Source of the DNA: Marsupella aquatica
Lineage: Eukaryota; Plantae; Marchantiophyta
Reading direction: 5' to 3'
NCBI GenBank assembly: GCA_973895155.1
Contig: OZ316898.1
Location: forward strand, 870,751 to 934,750
Length of the DNA: 64,000 nt
Part shown: positions 24,552-39,159 of the stretch, in pieces
Numbering within the stretch: the first letter of the stretch is position 1
Layout: every line of letters starts with the position of its first letter
The notes under the pieces: generated by a model
The model's database searches: none
What the model saw: the letters and a program-made list of their open reading frames with translations, nothing else
Told to the model about the DNA's origin: nothing
Program-made: the position numbers and the translations under genes

Positions 24552-26734
24552 CTTTGCCAAGGACCACTCGAGCTCGACAACGTGCAGCAGCCTTTGCGAT
24601 GCGACAATGCAGAAGCGAGGGAAACTTTGTTGTAGGATTGGATCATGAGGTCCTTGCAACGCCAGACCACGGTGGGAACAACAACGATTGAAACCGTTGG
24701 ATGGCGGCAGGACTAGGTAATCTGGGCCGTTGCCAAAGGATGCCGCGCAACTTTGGAGTTTCTCCCGGCCCGCTTGTTGAGTGTAGGAGTGCCGTGGCAA
24801 GATGTGAAAAAGGTGGGGCTGGGCCGATAGGATTAGGGCTACGGGCGCCGGTGGGGGACGACATCAGTGGCATCCCCGCCAAATACTGCCGGACCGCTTA
24901 GTATAGCGGACCGGTGGGAATGCTCTGATATGCTATGTTTTACGCAAAGGGCCCTTTACTTTGTAGAAATTTGCTCATTGTTTTGCGTGCCAAAAACTGC
25001 TTGGTCCCCTAGGGGAGTCCTAATATCAATTATTGTGATCCATGCTAGCATCAACTTCAGATCCCATAAGTAACATGAACAGAGAGGTAAATGTGATAGG
25101 ATGGGAAGAGATAGTTACATGAGTAATCTCACAACGTGAAACGCTCAAGAAACCCGAAACAAGGGCCAGTACAGACTCAAAAGGTTTGCACTCAAGATTC
25201 ATATGAACGCCCAAATACCGGGGGCGCTTACAAAATAGGAGCAAAGTAATTTGAAAAGGTGGACATAGATATGGGAGTATAAGCTAATGTTTCAATAGCT
25301 ATGGGTTTGTTTCACTCTGTGCCCCGCTGGTCTTTGCCGCAGCGGCTGTCCCTGGAATAACTAGGCATACCATTGCCCTTTATCAATAAGTAAAAAAAAG
25401 CTTCATTTTGTGTCTATGGGGGTTCAGTGAGTTTATATGAGCACCTTGTCAAACTTTGGTATCTATCAGGGCCTTTCTTTCAAAGCAAGTAGAGACAAGG
25501 TAGATACCATCACAACACACATAAAACGTGTGGACGATTCCTCACATCGTACTTGCAAGATTAACACGGACCCCCTACGTAAGCGAGATGTGGGCTCCCC
25601 AAGCTCCGTGTCACTCTCCATTCTGGGAAGTTCTCAAAAAACTTTCTGGAAGTGTTTTTGAACAATAACCTGTCTGAAGGAAAGCCCTCAAAATAGATTT
25701 TTGAACCTGAACTGTTCCAATTGGATCCCCAGGTTTTCAGGACCATCTCGTGCTCTGTACAGTACTTCCTTCGTACGTTTATATTATTTTATACTCGAAG
25801 GTCTCGAAAAAGCCACGAAAGAAGTCCTACAGTCCTACTACTGTGCTTCTGCTGCTGCTGTTGCCGTAAAGACCTCGATGGACCGTCACCTGACTGCCTT
25901 TGGTGACCTCGGTCCACTCTTTACTCGATTCTCCAGAGAGCTTTCATTTCCACACCTACTGTCCTGCCCGACCGCTGCCACTAGTAGCGTTGTACTAGCT
26001 CTCCACAGCAGTAAAGGCCCTCCCGATAAGCTTGCCCTGGGAGGGGAGGAACTCAGCAGTACGTTGTCGACGCAGACTTTGTTTTTCCGTGTGCACAAGT
26101 CGTGGGTTCAGTCTCAGATCCTGTAGTGTTGATTGCCACAACCGCTGTGCTGTGGTTTTGTAGGCCGGTGAGGGGTTTTCGGTCGGATCAGGTTTTGAGG
26201 CTGCAGAGATTGTGTTGTGTCGTTGTTTTGTTGAGGTTCTTTTCTCAACTGTTTGTGGGGTTCCTAATGTTGTGGACGAGGCGGCCAGATAGATCACGTG
26301 TTCTCGGTCAATAGGATCGCTATGAGTCTGGATGTTCCGCATGTTGCTGATAGTGTCTCGAGTGCTGTGTGACTAACCCATACGGGCCTTCCAGATCGGC
26401 TTCACAAGGCGTGACACTTTTGGACTAGCTGTTGCTCGACACTCGACTTTTTAGATCTGGGCATGTCCCACGGGTTGGAGTATTTGGTTGGAGTATTTTG
26501 CAGGAACGGTCGAAAGGGGATGAAATTGGACGAGAGTCTCCGCTGCGGCTCTGTCTGGATAGACTGTGGAAAGATGCAAACGATTGCATCAATAGGTGTC
26601 ATGTCTTAGCGCTTGATTGCAAAAGACCCCATCTGTGGTAGAAATGGGCCACACATATTGAGCTCCGTCTCGACTCATATTCCTTGCCGGGGTACTAGTT
26701 GAGGAAGTGGTTTGGGGCAACGGAGGGGACTTTG

Positions 26735-28741
26735 ATGGCTGCCATAAGAGGCCCCAGAGCACCATGGGAGGAGGAGCAGCATGCAATGATGGAGGCGTTC
26801 GTTGGGTCTGCCCCAGGTCTCGATCTATCTATTCCTGGTATTCCGGAGGAGCTTCCAGTGCAGTCCGTGAGTGAGAGTGCGCTGCAGCAGAGGTTGCAAA
26901 TTCTCGTGGAAGGGTCTGCTGCGTATTGGACTTATGCTATATTCTGGCAACTTTCTTACTATCCGAATGGAGATAAGATGCTCTGTTGGGGGGATGGGTA
27001 TTTCAGGGGTCCGAAGGAGGCTGAAATTGTGGACCAGTGGAGCTCTGCTTTTCAAGAAGCTCAACTGATCAGAAGGAAAGTGCTGAGGGAGCTCCAGGCT
27101 CTGGTGTGCAGCACGGATGAGGATTCAACAGCTTCCACAGGCATGGATTATGTGTCTGATACGGAGTGGTTCTACCTGGTCTCCATGTCATACTTCTTCG
27201 CACGTGGTGTCGGGACACCTGGTCGAGCTCTTGCAAAGGGTACTCATGTGTGGCTCCTTGGAGCAAACAATGTCCCTAATACCGTTTGTACCAGGGCTGA
27301 TTTGGCGAAGATGGCCGGCATTCAGACAATTGTTTGCGTTCCAACGAGGAACGGTGTGGTTGAGCTGGGTTCAACAGATTTGATTGGTGAGAGCGGTGAG
27401 CTTCTACACAGTATAAGGACTGTTTTCGATGACAGTATGTATGACCAGAGTCACACAGATCCAAGCGACAGCTTATTTCCAGGTAACAAACAGATCGAAG
27501 TGGGTTTAAGGTTGTCTCCAGGAATTGATGTCAATACCGATCTGTATTCGAGCTCGTTTGGGACCAATCCTGATAGAGTGAAGGGGACTTTACCTGGAAA
27601 TATGGAATCTCTGGATGATTTCCTCTTGGAGGACTCCCCATTGGGGGATGCCTCCCTAGAAACTGACAACTATAACCTTAGCAATGTTGGTGTGTCACAT
27701 CCTGATCCTAATGGAATCAGTATCAAAGACGTTAAGGTTGACTCTAGGAAGATATTGAGCTACTCATCGACTCAAGCCAGCAGCGGGACAGCTACGACGG
27801 GAGATGTCTTAAATCCACAGCTGTTGAACCGGAAGTTCTCATCAGCAAATCTCCGCCAAGAGCAGGACCCAGTTTACTCTTCCAAGCTGGGAGGAGGAAG
27901 GTTTCCAAGTGAAGCTAGAGAGGATGGTAGGGAATCTTCTGTGAATGCACAAGGTGCGCTTGAGAGTCGAGGACCTGTAAGTTTTATCACTCGTTCTACC
28001 CTTGAGACAGAGCCGGATATTGATTCTGAGGCAGAGGTTTCATACAAAAATCCTGTGGTGGTAGAGCCGAAGCCTCCCCGGAAAAGGGGTAGAAAGCCAG
28101 CACATGATCGGGAGGAGCCTCTTAATCATGTTCAAGCTGAGCGACAGCGGAGGGAAAAGCTCAACCAAAAGTTCTATGCGCTTCGTTCTGTCGTACCGAA
28201 TGTATCAAAGATGGATAAAGCTTCTTTATTAGGGGATGCCATTGCGTACATACAAGAACTTCAACGAAAGCTTGCAGTTTTCGAGAAGAAAACTGAAGTT
28301 GGGGGTTCGACTAGGCCCAAAATCACATCACAATCTAGCACAGCCGCAGCTGCTGCATCCATGCTTGGTTCTCATGAAAGTAGTCGTACCTCCAGGAGTT
28401 TTTCTGGTGAGTACTTACTCGATGAAAAGTCGAGCGTAAACATTGAACTTATGGGAAGGGACGCGCTGGTCAGGGTTAGCCACCTGAAAGATGCATATTC
28501 TGTGTCTCTTTTGATGTCGACATTGCAAGATTTGCAGATTGAAGTCCGCCATGCAAATTTTTCCATGGTAGAAGACAGAGCATTTCATGTAATTATTGGC
28601 CAGATGAATGAGGCAAGACTCTTCACACAAGATCAACTGCTTGGAGCCATCAGTAGATCATTTGGATGCAGCAGAATGGCTACTGACGATGACCAATTAG
28701 CTTCGAGTGATAGAAGATCGGCAGCGAGCCTTAAAGTATGA
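26735..28741 (+). CDS. MYC2: MYC2-type bHLH transcription factor (subgroup IIId/e), intronless
   Basis: bHLH-MYC_N domain (LQQRLQ…WTYAIFWQ…WGDGYF…[10 protein letters not shown]…GVVELGST), [10 protein letters not shown], b[43 protein letters not shown], and an ACT-like C-terminus. First ATG is at 26735. Confidence 0.94.
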   Translation: MAAIRGPRAPWEEEQHAMMEAFVGSAPGLDLSIPGIPEELPVQSVSESALQQRLQILVEGSAAYWTYAIFWQLSYYPNGDKMLCWGDGYFRGPKEAEIVDQWSSAFQEAQLIRRKVLRELQALVCSTDEDSTASTGMDYVSDTEWFYLVSMSYFFARGVGTPGRALAKGTHVWLLGANNVPNTVCTRADLAKMAGIQTIVCVPTRNGVVELGSTDLIGESGELLHSIRTVFDDSMYDQSHTDPSDSLFPGNKQIEVGLRLSPGIDVNTDLYSSSFGTNPDRVKGTLPGNMESLDDFLLEDSPLGDASLETDNYNLSNVGVSHPDPNGISIKDVKVDSRKILSYSSTQASSGTATTGDVLNPQLLNRKFSSANLRQEQDPVYSSKLGGGRFPSEAREDGRESSVNAQGALESRGPVSFITRSTLETEPDIDSEAEVSYKNPVVVEPKPPRKRGRKPAHDREEPLNHVQAERQRREKLNQKFYALRSVVPNVSKMDKASLLGDAIAYIQELQRKLAVFEKKTEVGGSTRPKITSQSSTAAAAASMLGSHESSRTSRSFSGEYLLDEKSSVNIELMGRDALVRVSHLKDAYSVSLLMSTLQDLQIEVRHANFSMVEDRAFHVIIGQMNEARLFTQDQLLGAISRSFGCSRMATDDDQLASSDRRSAASLKV

Positions 28742-30096
28742 CTGCATGACTGGTGCCCGACGTTTCACATATGTTAAGACTAGATTAATTAGATTTTGAA
28801 GGAGCACATTTTCGAGGATTTCGTGTAACCAATGGCAGAATGCCTTTCTAGTGACTGAAGAGAGGATTGCGACTTATTGACGAAGACAGATGCTGGGCAC
28901 GCACCTACAGAATTCTCTTTTGGGGTTGTTTCTTGGTTGTACATAAAAAGTGATGACAGGCTACCACAGAAGGCGTCAACACTGGTCCCTGCAGGCAGCT
29001 TTTGTGGACGTCCATTTGTTTTAATGAATGTAGTAGTCATTTTTATATCAAGCAAAAGCGATGGATGCAGATGCTGCCACTGTCTTTCATCAACTTGGCT
29101 CAAAGTGTAAAATTTTGAGAACGGCAAGCTTCATTTCCAAGTTTTTGTTGTAGACTACTGTCATACACTGGCAGAAGAAACAGCCTTGCTGTCTTTAGTT
29201 CCTGAAAGGTTTTCGACATTAGGGATCTCGGGAAGCCTTTTGGAACCATATAATCCAGGTTTGAAGGTGTTTTTTGATATTTTCCAGAAACAAGTCCAAA
29301 AAGGTATATCATATCTGAAGCGTTGTCCGCTTGGCTTGTCAAATGAGAAGTTTCCGGAAAGCCAAAAGTTTACTTCTGACAAAAAGTAGGAGCTGGGATT
29401 TGTATTTCTCGAGAGGGAACCGACTAGGCCATCTAATGTTCTAGTTACGTTTGAGAGGTGAATGGCAATCTTGACTGATTCGATTTTGAATGTCGTTGAA
29501 TGATGACTCAAAGTATCTCCGGTACATAGCCATCCGTTATATGCACGAGGTTTCGAGTACTTTGCATTGGCACGGCTTGCAAAGGTTGAGGGGCATGCTT
29601 GCTGGAATGAATCCCTTGTATCCTCGGTGGGTCCATTTTTCCCGAGGTACAAATCATGGATCATGACAATGGTGTCGTCATTGTTGGACTTCTGTTAGTT
29701 GTCGACGGCCAGAGTGCACATGTTACAGGAGGAGCAATGCGAAAGGAGCTTGGACGTGGGCACATATGCCTATGTGTACCATTTTTAGTCATCTGCAGTA
29801 GCCTGGCGGGTTGACATCCTCATGAAAATAAAGGCAGCGACACACAGCGTACAATTGTGGAAAAGGGGGCCATTGTAAAGTGTCGTTCTCGGAAGACACC
29901 ATGGATTCAATCCATCAGAATTTCACTGGCTTTTAGAATTTCGATCAGCAAGTTATCGAGATATTATAACACTGTTCTCTGTACGGAATCCGTTCGAACC
30001 ACGAGCATCTATGTACACGGTGTGTAGCCTTCCCATCGATCTTCAAAGTCCATGGATTAGAACAGAGTATGGTTGCGTGATCCCTGCCAGCACACG

Positions 30097-33000
30097 TCAG
30101 GGATGCTCTTTGACTGTCACAGTCCTCAAAAGTTCAGACACACGACGCAAGTTCAAAGCAGAACGCATGCTGGCTTGTGAAGAGGACAAATCGTTCTCAC
30201 AAGCCCTGCGAAACATTCGCAGGCGCTCACTCACTACAAATTTGAGACGAGTTTGGAACTCATGTGGAGGGAAATGGACACTCCTTTCCAACAGATTGAG
30301 CCCGTCAGGTGAGGTGGCCTCATTGTTCAAGAGCAGTGACCCCCACTCAAAACACGCGTATGGTAGTATGTTTCTGCAAGCAATGCAACAAGAGTTTGAT
30401 GTAACCTTTTGTGCCAATAAAGCGCAGAGTACCTTCTAAGACGAGTTGTTATCATTTACTACAACCTAACAACGATTTTCTACGATCTCAATTTTCAGCC
30501 TGCCTTCCTTGCTGTGCTATTACATCTTGTCTGAACAATTAAAATTAACTTGAAGGGGACTCAAAAATACGGATTGATCTCAAGAGCTTTTTGAATGCAT
30601 GCTGTCTTAAAAACTAACTGCAATGATCTGCCATATTTTCTTTGTCGAATGCAAGTCATCTACATATGTACGAGTGTTCGAGCGAGATGCACTCACTACT
30701 CTGGTGCCTGCACAATAGCTTGCACACAATTTCACATGTAGACCAACATGATGCCAGGTGATTGCTGCAAGGGTTTTGGATAATTCCATCAAGTGAACTT
30801 CTCTTTCTATGCACCATAGATCAATGCGTGAAGTTATTCTGAGCAGGATTCGAGTTCTCACCCTGGTGTAACGTCTGTTTGCCCCACCACATAGCGAAAA
30901 TTAGCTTCGGCTTGTTTGATGTCCCCAAGACTTCGTTGGCAAAGTGCTAGTAAATATCTGCCACAAAGATCCACCCTCGGCTGAATCAAGTTTGCATGAT
31001 GTGTAGCAATTGGGTTCATTATCTAATTCAACATGTCTCAAGTATTGTTTTACATAATCCATCACTGAAACTGGGTCAAGCTTATTTCATCCGACTTTCT
31101 TGGAATTGAAAGTTATCCAGGACATGACTGGGGGAGCCATCTTGGCCACCTACCTGCAGAGAATTTTGCTTTCCTTTGTCCATTTATGTTCAAAGCCATT
31201 TCCAACAATGGGGCCCCTTGATGCTTGCAAAGAAGGTTGAGCGAGAGCGTGTGTTGTCTCATCCTCTCCTTCCTCGTCAGGCTCAGGAATCCTTGACTTG
31301 CTTTGAAAGGCAATCATACGATGACTCGTCATTACTGATCCTGCCTTCCCTGGTGTGGCATTCTTGGACTCAGGAGTGGTGGATGTACTAGTACCACCTG
31401 TTGGAGGCTTTCGTGGGTTCTGTCCCTGAGAAAGAAAGAGGATATATATATATATGTAGTTGGTGTTCAAGTCCTCGATCATGAACATGTTTACGAGGTA
31501 GACCAATCATTAGTTTACACTAGCTTGACTACCCGTTTATTTTGAGCCTAAATGGAGGTGAGTACAAAAAAACCTTTCAAGAGAAAGATTCCCTATAATT
31601 CATCATCATATATGATTTGTCCCCATTCCTTGCAACCCCACTTTCATGCACCCCCAAAGTTAAGTGACTACCCTGAGTTACATTCTAGAGGCTTCATTCT
31701 AGACCTATGCCATAAAAGTTATTTTTGGATCTCAATTTACTAGTAAGATTCTCCCCCCTTTGGCACCCTCCTGCCTTGAACAGGGCTGGCAAAGGGGGTG
31801 AATGGAAATCAACCCTTATTAAGCTCTAGTACCAAGTCTTTGCAAGACCGTGACATATTTAGTTACAATGGGAGTTGCACTTGTTTGAATGTTGCTGAAC
31901 GTACTGATGAGGTTGCCTCATAATCTGAAGCCCTCTTGGGAGCTTGATTGATCAAGGTATCACCAATGCGATCCCTATGACGCTCAAGTGTGACTTTGTC
32001 CATGTGATGGAAACCGTTGTACACTGCAATTATCTCCAAGGCTGGAAATAATGGTACCTGTTTTCCACTGCATGTTGTTTAAATCATAGCTCGCATATTT
32101 ATTCTCCTAGTTCTGACAGCAGCATTCATTTGTGAGTACCTCTAAAAGATTGAACAATCATGACGGTCCTTTTGGGACTTGAACCATGTTTCACTGTCCC
32201 TACCACCAAAAAATGAGGTATTTGTTTGATTGTCCCTCAAAATGAAACTTGTTACTTGATCTACCCTCTGAGGTCTATCAACGATCCAGATCTGAGATTG
32301 AAAGCTCCATCAATGGTCTAGATTGGGGAAAAGTATTGAGGGGGTTGATTAAGCAAACTTTTTCCAGAAGGGGGTCTGCTAACCATATCTCTCACAAAAA
32401 AATAGAGGTGGACAAACATTTGTTCAAAGCAAAATAATTTCTGGAATGATTCCAGGGTTGAAATAGGCCTTTTTCAATATTAGACTTGCATTTCTCAATA
32501 TTAAACTTGCATACACATACAAGAAAATTTGGCAAAAATCTTATGTTTTATCGTTTGCAGCCATTCTTACTAGATGATCTTTAGCATCTATTTGAAAAAC
32601 AACTTTGGACCTGCCCATATGTCTTGAAATCTTCAGCAAGGTGCACTGCAAAATTCTCCATGGCAGTTGGGGTTGCTTTTTTGCTTGCAACCATTCCTGG
32701 TATATCTTGCAACATCTTTGATGCCTCATGATGATACTTTTCATCTGCCTCCCAATAGCATGATGCTTGAAGAAAGGAATAAAGTGGCTTGAAATGGGTT
32801 GTGTTCTGCAAAGAACCAAAGATCAGATTTGTAGTCCAACTCAGAAGAGAGAGGCAAGCAAAATAATAATAATAATCGTAACTAAGACCTTGTAAAATGC
32901 ACAATGTTGTGGCTGGTAAGGATGTGATCAACAATTAAAAGAAAGAAATAAGTCTGTGTGAAGAATGTGAGGCAAAATTAAAATCATATTAAATGACGAG

Positions 33001-36000
33001 GGGGAAGCAGAAAAGGGAGAGAACAGTGAGGACCTTGTACAATGCACCAAATATTTGACTGGCTCTAACAAAATCGCCTTGTAGAAAGAAAGTCCATCCA
33101 AGTTCATCCAATATGAAACTTTTCAGCTTCAACGTGAGCCCACCCTCTTCATCCCCTTTTGCAGTGGCATTATACATTTTCTCTATTGATGCAGTGGCTG
33201 CTTGCAGCCTACCTTCGTATGTTACCAAACGTGCCTGCAATATGCCAAAAATTGAGCTCTCTTTCCAAGCTATTGGAAGCATGTTTAGAACATTTTTTGC
33301 TCCAACTGCATTCTCTTCACAGTATGGCAAGAGCCCCATTATGATTGTGTAATCTGTCAACAAACAAACATGGCTTCACCGATCTGTGAAATAATTATAT
33401 GTTTTCAAATATTCACAAAAGGGGGTGGATTTGAGATGTCACTCTAAATGTGTTTTTCCCATCCATTCATGTACTTTGAAATAAGTAAGATGTTGAAATT
33501 CCATTATCCTAACAGTCAGTCAAATTGACCAGTTAGGCTCCCATTGATTGTTGTGGAAAGCAAGAAAAATCTCTTTTGTTTGCTGTGAAACTCTCCACAC
33601 GTTCATGAAGCCAACTTGTGTGAACTGTGTTTGCCATAAAAATATTATTCACAAGAGAGCTTCTTAAAACAGTCCTGAATGCTCTCAAGAATTTCATATT
33701 ATTTTCAGTGATTTATTTTAACTGGACCATTTGGGAAGCATCTTCATTCAAGTCACAAAATCCTTGAAGCGAAGAGTTACACAAACTTACACTCAAGCAA
33801 TAGAACTACAGCAAGTGGAGCTCTACAATGATGAAGAGTAGACACCTTCCGAAGCCGTGCAAGGCCTTGTTCTCTATCACCAGGAACCCCCATCAGTTCA
33901 ATGGCTTTTTGATAATTTGAAGGAATCAGAGAAATCAAGAGGTTGAAGGCACCAATTCCAAACTGAACACCAATTCTCAAAGAAGCCAATTCTTGATCCT
34001 CTTTCACACCGTCTTCAAGCTTCTCCAGGTTTCCAGCTGCTGCTCTCACTCCTTCATAAACCATCTCCCCGGTTGGTGGTGCAAGTATTGGATCATAGTT
34101 TTGGGATCTGGACCTTTTGAGAGGATTCGATGGACTTGGGTTTGATGTACTTGCTCCTCCCATCTCTAGTTTATCCTACATGAATAATCAATTTATTGCA
34201 AAATCGTTTTGCAGTTGCTCAAGAATAAAATAACCAAAGGCAACCATAAGATGACAACAAAACATTCTTCAAATGTTATGATCGAGAGAGAGATATGTCT
34301 TTCAGTCTGAGTACGAGTAAAAGACTTGCTTCGGAGATTACAAAGGCTGATATATATTTCCATAATGGCAAAACCAGTCTAGATTCCTCAAGTAATTTTA
34401 TAATGAACAAGTATGTCACCATTGTGAATGCGTCATCATCGCTGTCGTCATCATTGTAATCCATGTTCAATTCCAGTCCCAATTCTCCAAGAGTGGTGTA
34501 GGTGCCCCCCAAAGCAACCCATTCGTTTTGGAGTTGTTTCAATTTACTTTGACAGTGCTGGTATATGCTCCATGTTCGCTTCACAGTGTATCCTACTTTA
34601 ACAACTGCTCCCCAACTTTCTCCAGCTGCCACTACCTGAATTTGCAACGTTTTAATATAGCCAAGTCTATTCTTCATTGCGTCATTGTGAGAATCTTTCA
34701 ATATGTTTTCAGCTACTACAGTAACTTGACTTTCTTTTCAAATTTTCTGACAAAGCAGACATTGGTGTTATGGCTTCACTTTGAAAGGACTATCCTGTTC
34801 TTCATATTCACTTGTACTACTGTGTTCATACTTAGCTCATCTTTAGCTCATGAACGAGGTTTTAAGGCAGAATTTTCAGAACTCTGGCTTTTCAATCACT
34901 AAACTGGTTCCTTATAATATTTAATAGTCTGTCCCAATCTTCATACTGTCCAAAATTAACATACAATCTTGGATGCAGTGTGAATGGAGAAATAATGAGC
35001 TAACCTTTTTAGAAGTGTTGTCAAAGCAGGAATTCAACTTACTAAGATTTTAAGGCTGGATTTGCATTTGATCAATAAGCTTCTCAAATTTTGCTTCAAT
35101 CCAGGCATGTCTTTCACAACAATATATATTTCTGGACTGTCTTACTTAGTGGTATGGAATAACAGCTAATTACTCAAAAGTAAACTAGTGTGGAAATTGT
35201 CCCTAATTCTTAAAGATTATCTTGCATTAGTGAATGGGGTACAAGGTAGAACCTGCAAAAGGGAAGTCATGAGGTGACACTCGCCTTGGATTAGCAAGGC
35301 CCAAAGGCGCATTCGACGTGCAATGTGGTTTGATAGCACTTCTCCTCTTTTGAGTTTACCTGACTCGGCTTGGTCAAAGCTACCAATGTCTATATCATCC
35401 TCATCATCAGGGATGTTAGGGTTGTCCACTGGCATCAACTTAGCTGATGCTTGTGCTCCCACAGGTCCTGCTTTGCTCAAAGCTGTTGCTGCTGACTTCC
35501 TCACCCAGGTAGTCATAGCATCCACAGTCTCTTGTGCTGCCTCTGCTACCTTCTTCAGTTTGCTATGGGTTCGCCATCTACATACAAATAGATGTACTTT
35601 GGTCAATAATCATATTATGAAATATGCAGTAAGACTCAAGATACATTTTTTGCTATCAACTAAAAGAATTGGCATCACTATGGCCTCCAATCAGTGCCTT
35701 GAAGGTTTTGTATGTTAACATGGCTATTAAGCGTTCTCAAAGTGTCAATAAATATGTAAACATGTTTTGAGATGAAACTTTGGGGGTGCTTTCCACCTCC
35801 ATTTATTGATTTGCATATTGCAATCTCCCTAGAAAAAAGAAGAAGAAGAAGAAGAAGGGGAAACCTTGTTGGGGACAGATGGGGATAATTATATTAGTCA
35901 CCTTTGGGCTTGCTCAACGGCAAGAGCTGCAGTGTCTTTGAGAAGAGAAATAGCAAACTCAATGTCGTCAGGTTCAAAGGACATGAGGGCAACATATGAG

Positions 36001-37370
36001 GATACTTCAGCATGGTGCAAGCTGAAGCGTGCATGGCCAGCTTTCAGAGTTTCAAAGTATTCATCGGCTTCATTCAGCCTGTCTTGGTAGATGAGCTCCA
36101 GACCTTTCATCACCTGACATTCATGTACTTCCAATTGATTAGCTTACTAGACAGGCCTAGGCTGAAGTGAATGTTCTTGCACATAGGCTGATGTGTGAGT
36201 GTGGTGGATGTCGGGTTAAATTGGCATCACATGGAGCATTATTCCATGATTTCTGATTTTATTCGATGAAAAAGTCCTTTGAATGTCAAGTCATTAAATT
36301 ATCTCCAAGCTTTTGCATTATTCAACAATATTCGCTGTTCATGTACAGATGAGCTCTTCTATTCAATTAGTTTAGCTATATACCTTGAGATTACAACACA
36401 TCAAGGATTGGGTGATTTCTGTAATGTGGGGTGACTTCAGTGTACCTCTCAGCAAAGAAAACATAGAAGTCGGGTGGATTTAACATCCTCCAGTAATAAT
36501 TAAATAAACAGAGTGGATTGTGTTTCATGAAGGTTTCACGTGAGGGAGATGTTATAAATTAAGGCTTGATGGCAGCTCATTTTGTACATCGTCCAAAGAG
36601 GAAGAGCATTAAGTTAGTTGGTCCTTGCCATAACTTTTGTAAATTAGAGTCATGATCAACAGTCATGATAAAATAAGAATACCGTCTGTATATATGACCA
36701 AATGCTCTCTTAGCTCTGTGTTTCTTTACAAACATAGTAACTCCCTGTTTACAGGGCATTGTGGGCCCATACTGACCCCAAAAACCTAAAGCTTCAACTC
36801 CAGTTCTGAGGGGCTATTATTGTCCATACTGCTCTGGTGGAGCTTAGTACCAAAAACAAAACAAACAAAAAACAGGACCTTAATACAGTTACTGGCCATA
36901 TGTATTTCTGGTTGTGCTGATGTAGTAAAATGAGAGAAATTTCATATTGAGATGATCCAAATCTTGGGTGTGCATTCTTCTCCATAAATTCCAAGACAAT
37001 TGCAAAGAGTAAAATCAAGAAGGGCACTAAGGTAGGCGAATGTTTAATTTTGAAAACTGAAATTTTGTGTAGGGATACAAAACAGGGTACAGGGTCGTAA
37101 GAGAGGACGAGAGTGGAACTTGTCCCTGGCCCTCCCCCACCTCACCTGCTGCTCCTCGACCTCAAAATCCACCCCCTCTTCCAGAGGCGTCGGTGTGGGA
37201 TGCTCCGATGGTGATTGGGAGCGCGGTGTCGTGTTACTCGACTCTGCAGACCCTCTCGTGGAGCCCGACCTCCTCCCAGGCATCGGAATTCTAATGTTCG
37301 ACAAGCCCTGCGTTATGCCTTGCGTAATCCCCTGCGACAGCTCTCCCAACCCAGCCACGATTTTCTCCAT
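30097..37370 (-). CDS. TTC39: TTC39/IML2 (DUF3808) family TPR protein, 11 exons
   Basis: Exons 37146-37370, 35902-36113, 35253-35577, 34420-34635, 33791-34175, 33034-33353, 32611-32805, 31905-32057, 31154-31425, 30862-30957 and 30097-30373 are GT-AG and phase-consistent. Motifs GECHLMTSLLQ, GVQFGIGAFNLLISLIP…GDREQGL, PALEIIAVYNGF and LPYACFEWG. The start codon is less certain. Confidence 0.82.
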
Positions 37371-39159
37371 TGTCGATTGCACGATCGAATGCTCCCCTTG
37401 CTTCTGTAGTCCGCAGAATTTGACCTAGTTCAGTAGTTCTAGTAAGTCACAGCTTTTTTCCATGTCGACCCACGACTCTGTAACTGGCTGCAATCGCAAA
37501 TGAGATGTAAGCTACAGAGATCGGAGGGAGAGTGAATTTTGAGGCCATGTTTTCATGGGCTCCGAGATTGGCTGTGGTTTTTCCGTAGAGACTTCAAGCT
37601 TCAGGCATTATGGCAGTGATGGAGGAGACAGTCGACCCCGAAATGCTCTTGGACGGAATTTGCCTAGCCGACCTCGAAATGATCTCGGATGGAGTTTTGC
37701 TTAGTTGAGTGACAGGGGGTCTCTTTTCTCTCTTGCCCGAACTATGGATATTGCATTGTTGTGACCTATTGTTTGACGGTTCGCTGGATCAGGTTGTGAA
37801 TGTCTCCTTCGATGCTTGCCGACGGCTGGTCCTTCCGTTCCTTTCCCTTCTTTGCCGACCAGATTTGAACCTCAACGCACTGGTCTGCTGACAATTCTAG
37901 TCAATCAAGAGTTGTGAGATGTCTTTCAGTCCTGCGGCTACGAGGGTCGCCAGCACTGCACCTTCCAACCGTTTCTTCTTCCCTTCGTGCTGCACAGATT
38001 TGAACTTTGTTGCGCTTGGTCTCACCCTGTTATCGCAGATTGCGCATCCTGAGGTTGATTGCATAGGAAACCTAGAAGACAGTTCGTGGAATGCACCACG
38101 CTTGGGTCGTGTTGCGGCATCTCAAACCTGAAGAGTCAATTGTACATCGTTTTCTAAAACTAACAAAACTCATGATATTAGTTTTGCAGCGCTGATTCAC
38201 CGATCATATCGTTGATGGATCGTTTGATCAATCATGAATCGAAAAATTCTTCCCTAGTTTCTCGATCATGACAGATGAATCTATTCTTGGTTGAATTCAG
38301 AATCTTCCAATCAACAACGGGCTTCCAATTCGATCGCTTCCGAAAGTCGTCCATCGGAATTTTCTTCCACGGCAGTTCTTCAAAAAGCTTTCCAGCAATT
38401 CCTTCCAGAGTGTGTGATCCAACGTCAATCCATGCAGCACTGTGAAAATTTGGTCTGAGTCCATATGTTTTTCTAAACTACGGTGTTCGACACCCCCCAA
38501 GAGATCCCATCCCCAGATGTGGTGTATCACTCTGGGGCTGCCATGAAACCTGTTTGTTAAGAACAGGGCCTGTCCTAAAGTACTCTAATTCAAGGGAACG
38601 AGTCCCTGGAAAGTCATTGATGGTCATTAAAGGCTTTCCATTAAAGGCTTATTAATGGTCATTAAAGGCTTTCTTACACTGTTGCCCAAAAAAATACTAA
38701 CATAGACTGTTTTTTCTAAGTGTCACAAGAGTAGTATGATCCCCACTCTTGGGTGAGGTTTGTGTACAAAGATATGGCACGATTTGAACTCAGGACCTCT
38801 TGCTCCACTTTGGGTAGGGTTTGTGTAAAAAGAAGTACCCCTAGGCAAAAACTCTCATAATAGAATAAGCATGTGCCCTTAGATTCACATAAAGGTTGTC
38901 GGAGTGATTCTTTGTTTTTGAGGGCTTTAGGTTAGAGTCACACAAGCACTTAAGCCATGATTATATCTCATAATTTTGACTGTATTTCATACGGTCTGTG
39001 TGCAACACAAAGTTCCATTTGAATCCTATATCCACGCAAGTTGGATATTGGTTAGTGGATATGTCAGTGTTAAATTATCCAAACACCCTTAACATGAAGC
39101 TAAGGGTTCTTGCTCATTCCATTATGAGATACTAGCCTAATCTTTGTGCGTGTGCACAA

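Larger units (their letters stand above)
20575..24925. mobile_element. PIF/Harbinger DNA transposon, full length (4351 bp)
   Basis: Imperfect ~25-bp TIRs GAGCACTCCCACCCGGTCACGCTA / reverse complement GAGCATTCCCACCGGTCCGCTA. The 3-bp TSD TGA is at 20572-20574 and 24926-24928. It contains convergent DDE transposase and Myb-like genes. Confidence 0.93.

Noticed and set aside
24552-24800. N-terminal extension of Harbinger ORF1
   Set aside because: TTG start; family similarity begins after the ATG at 24551.
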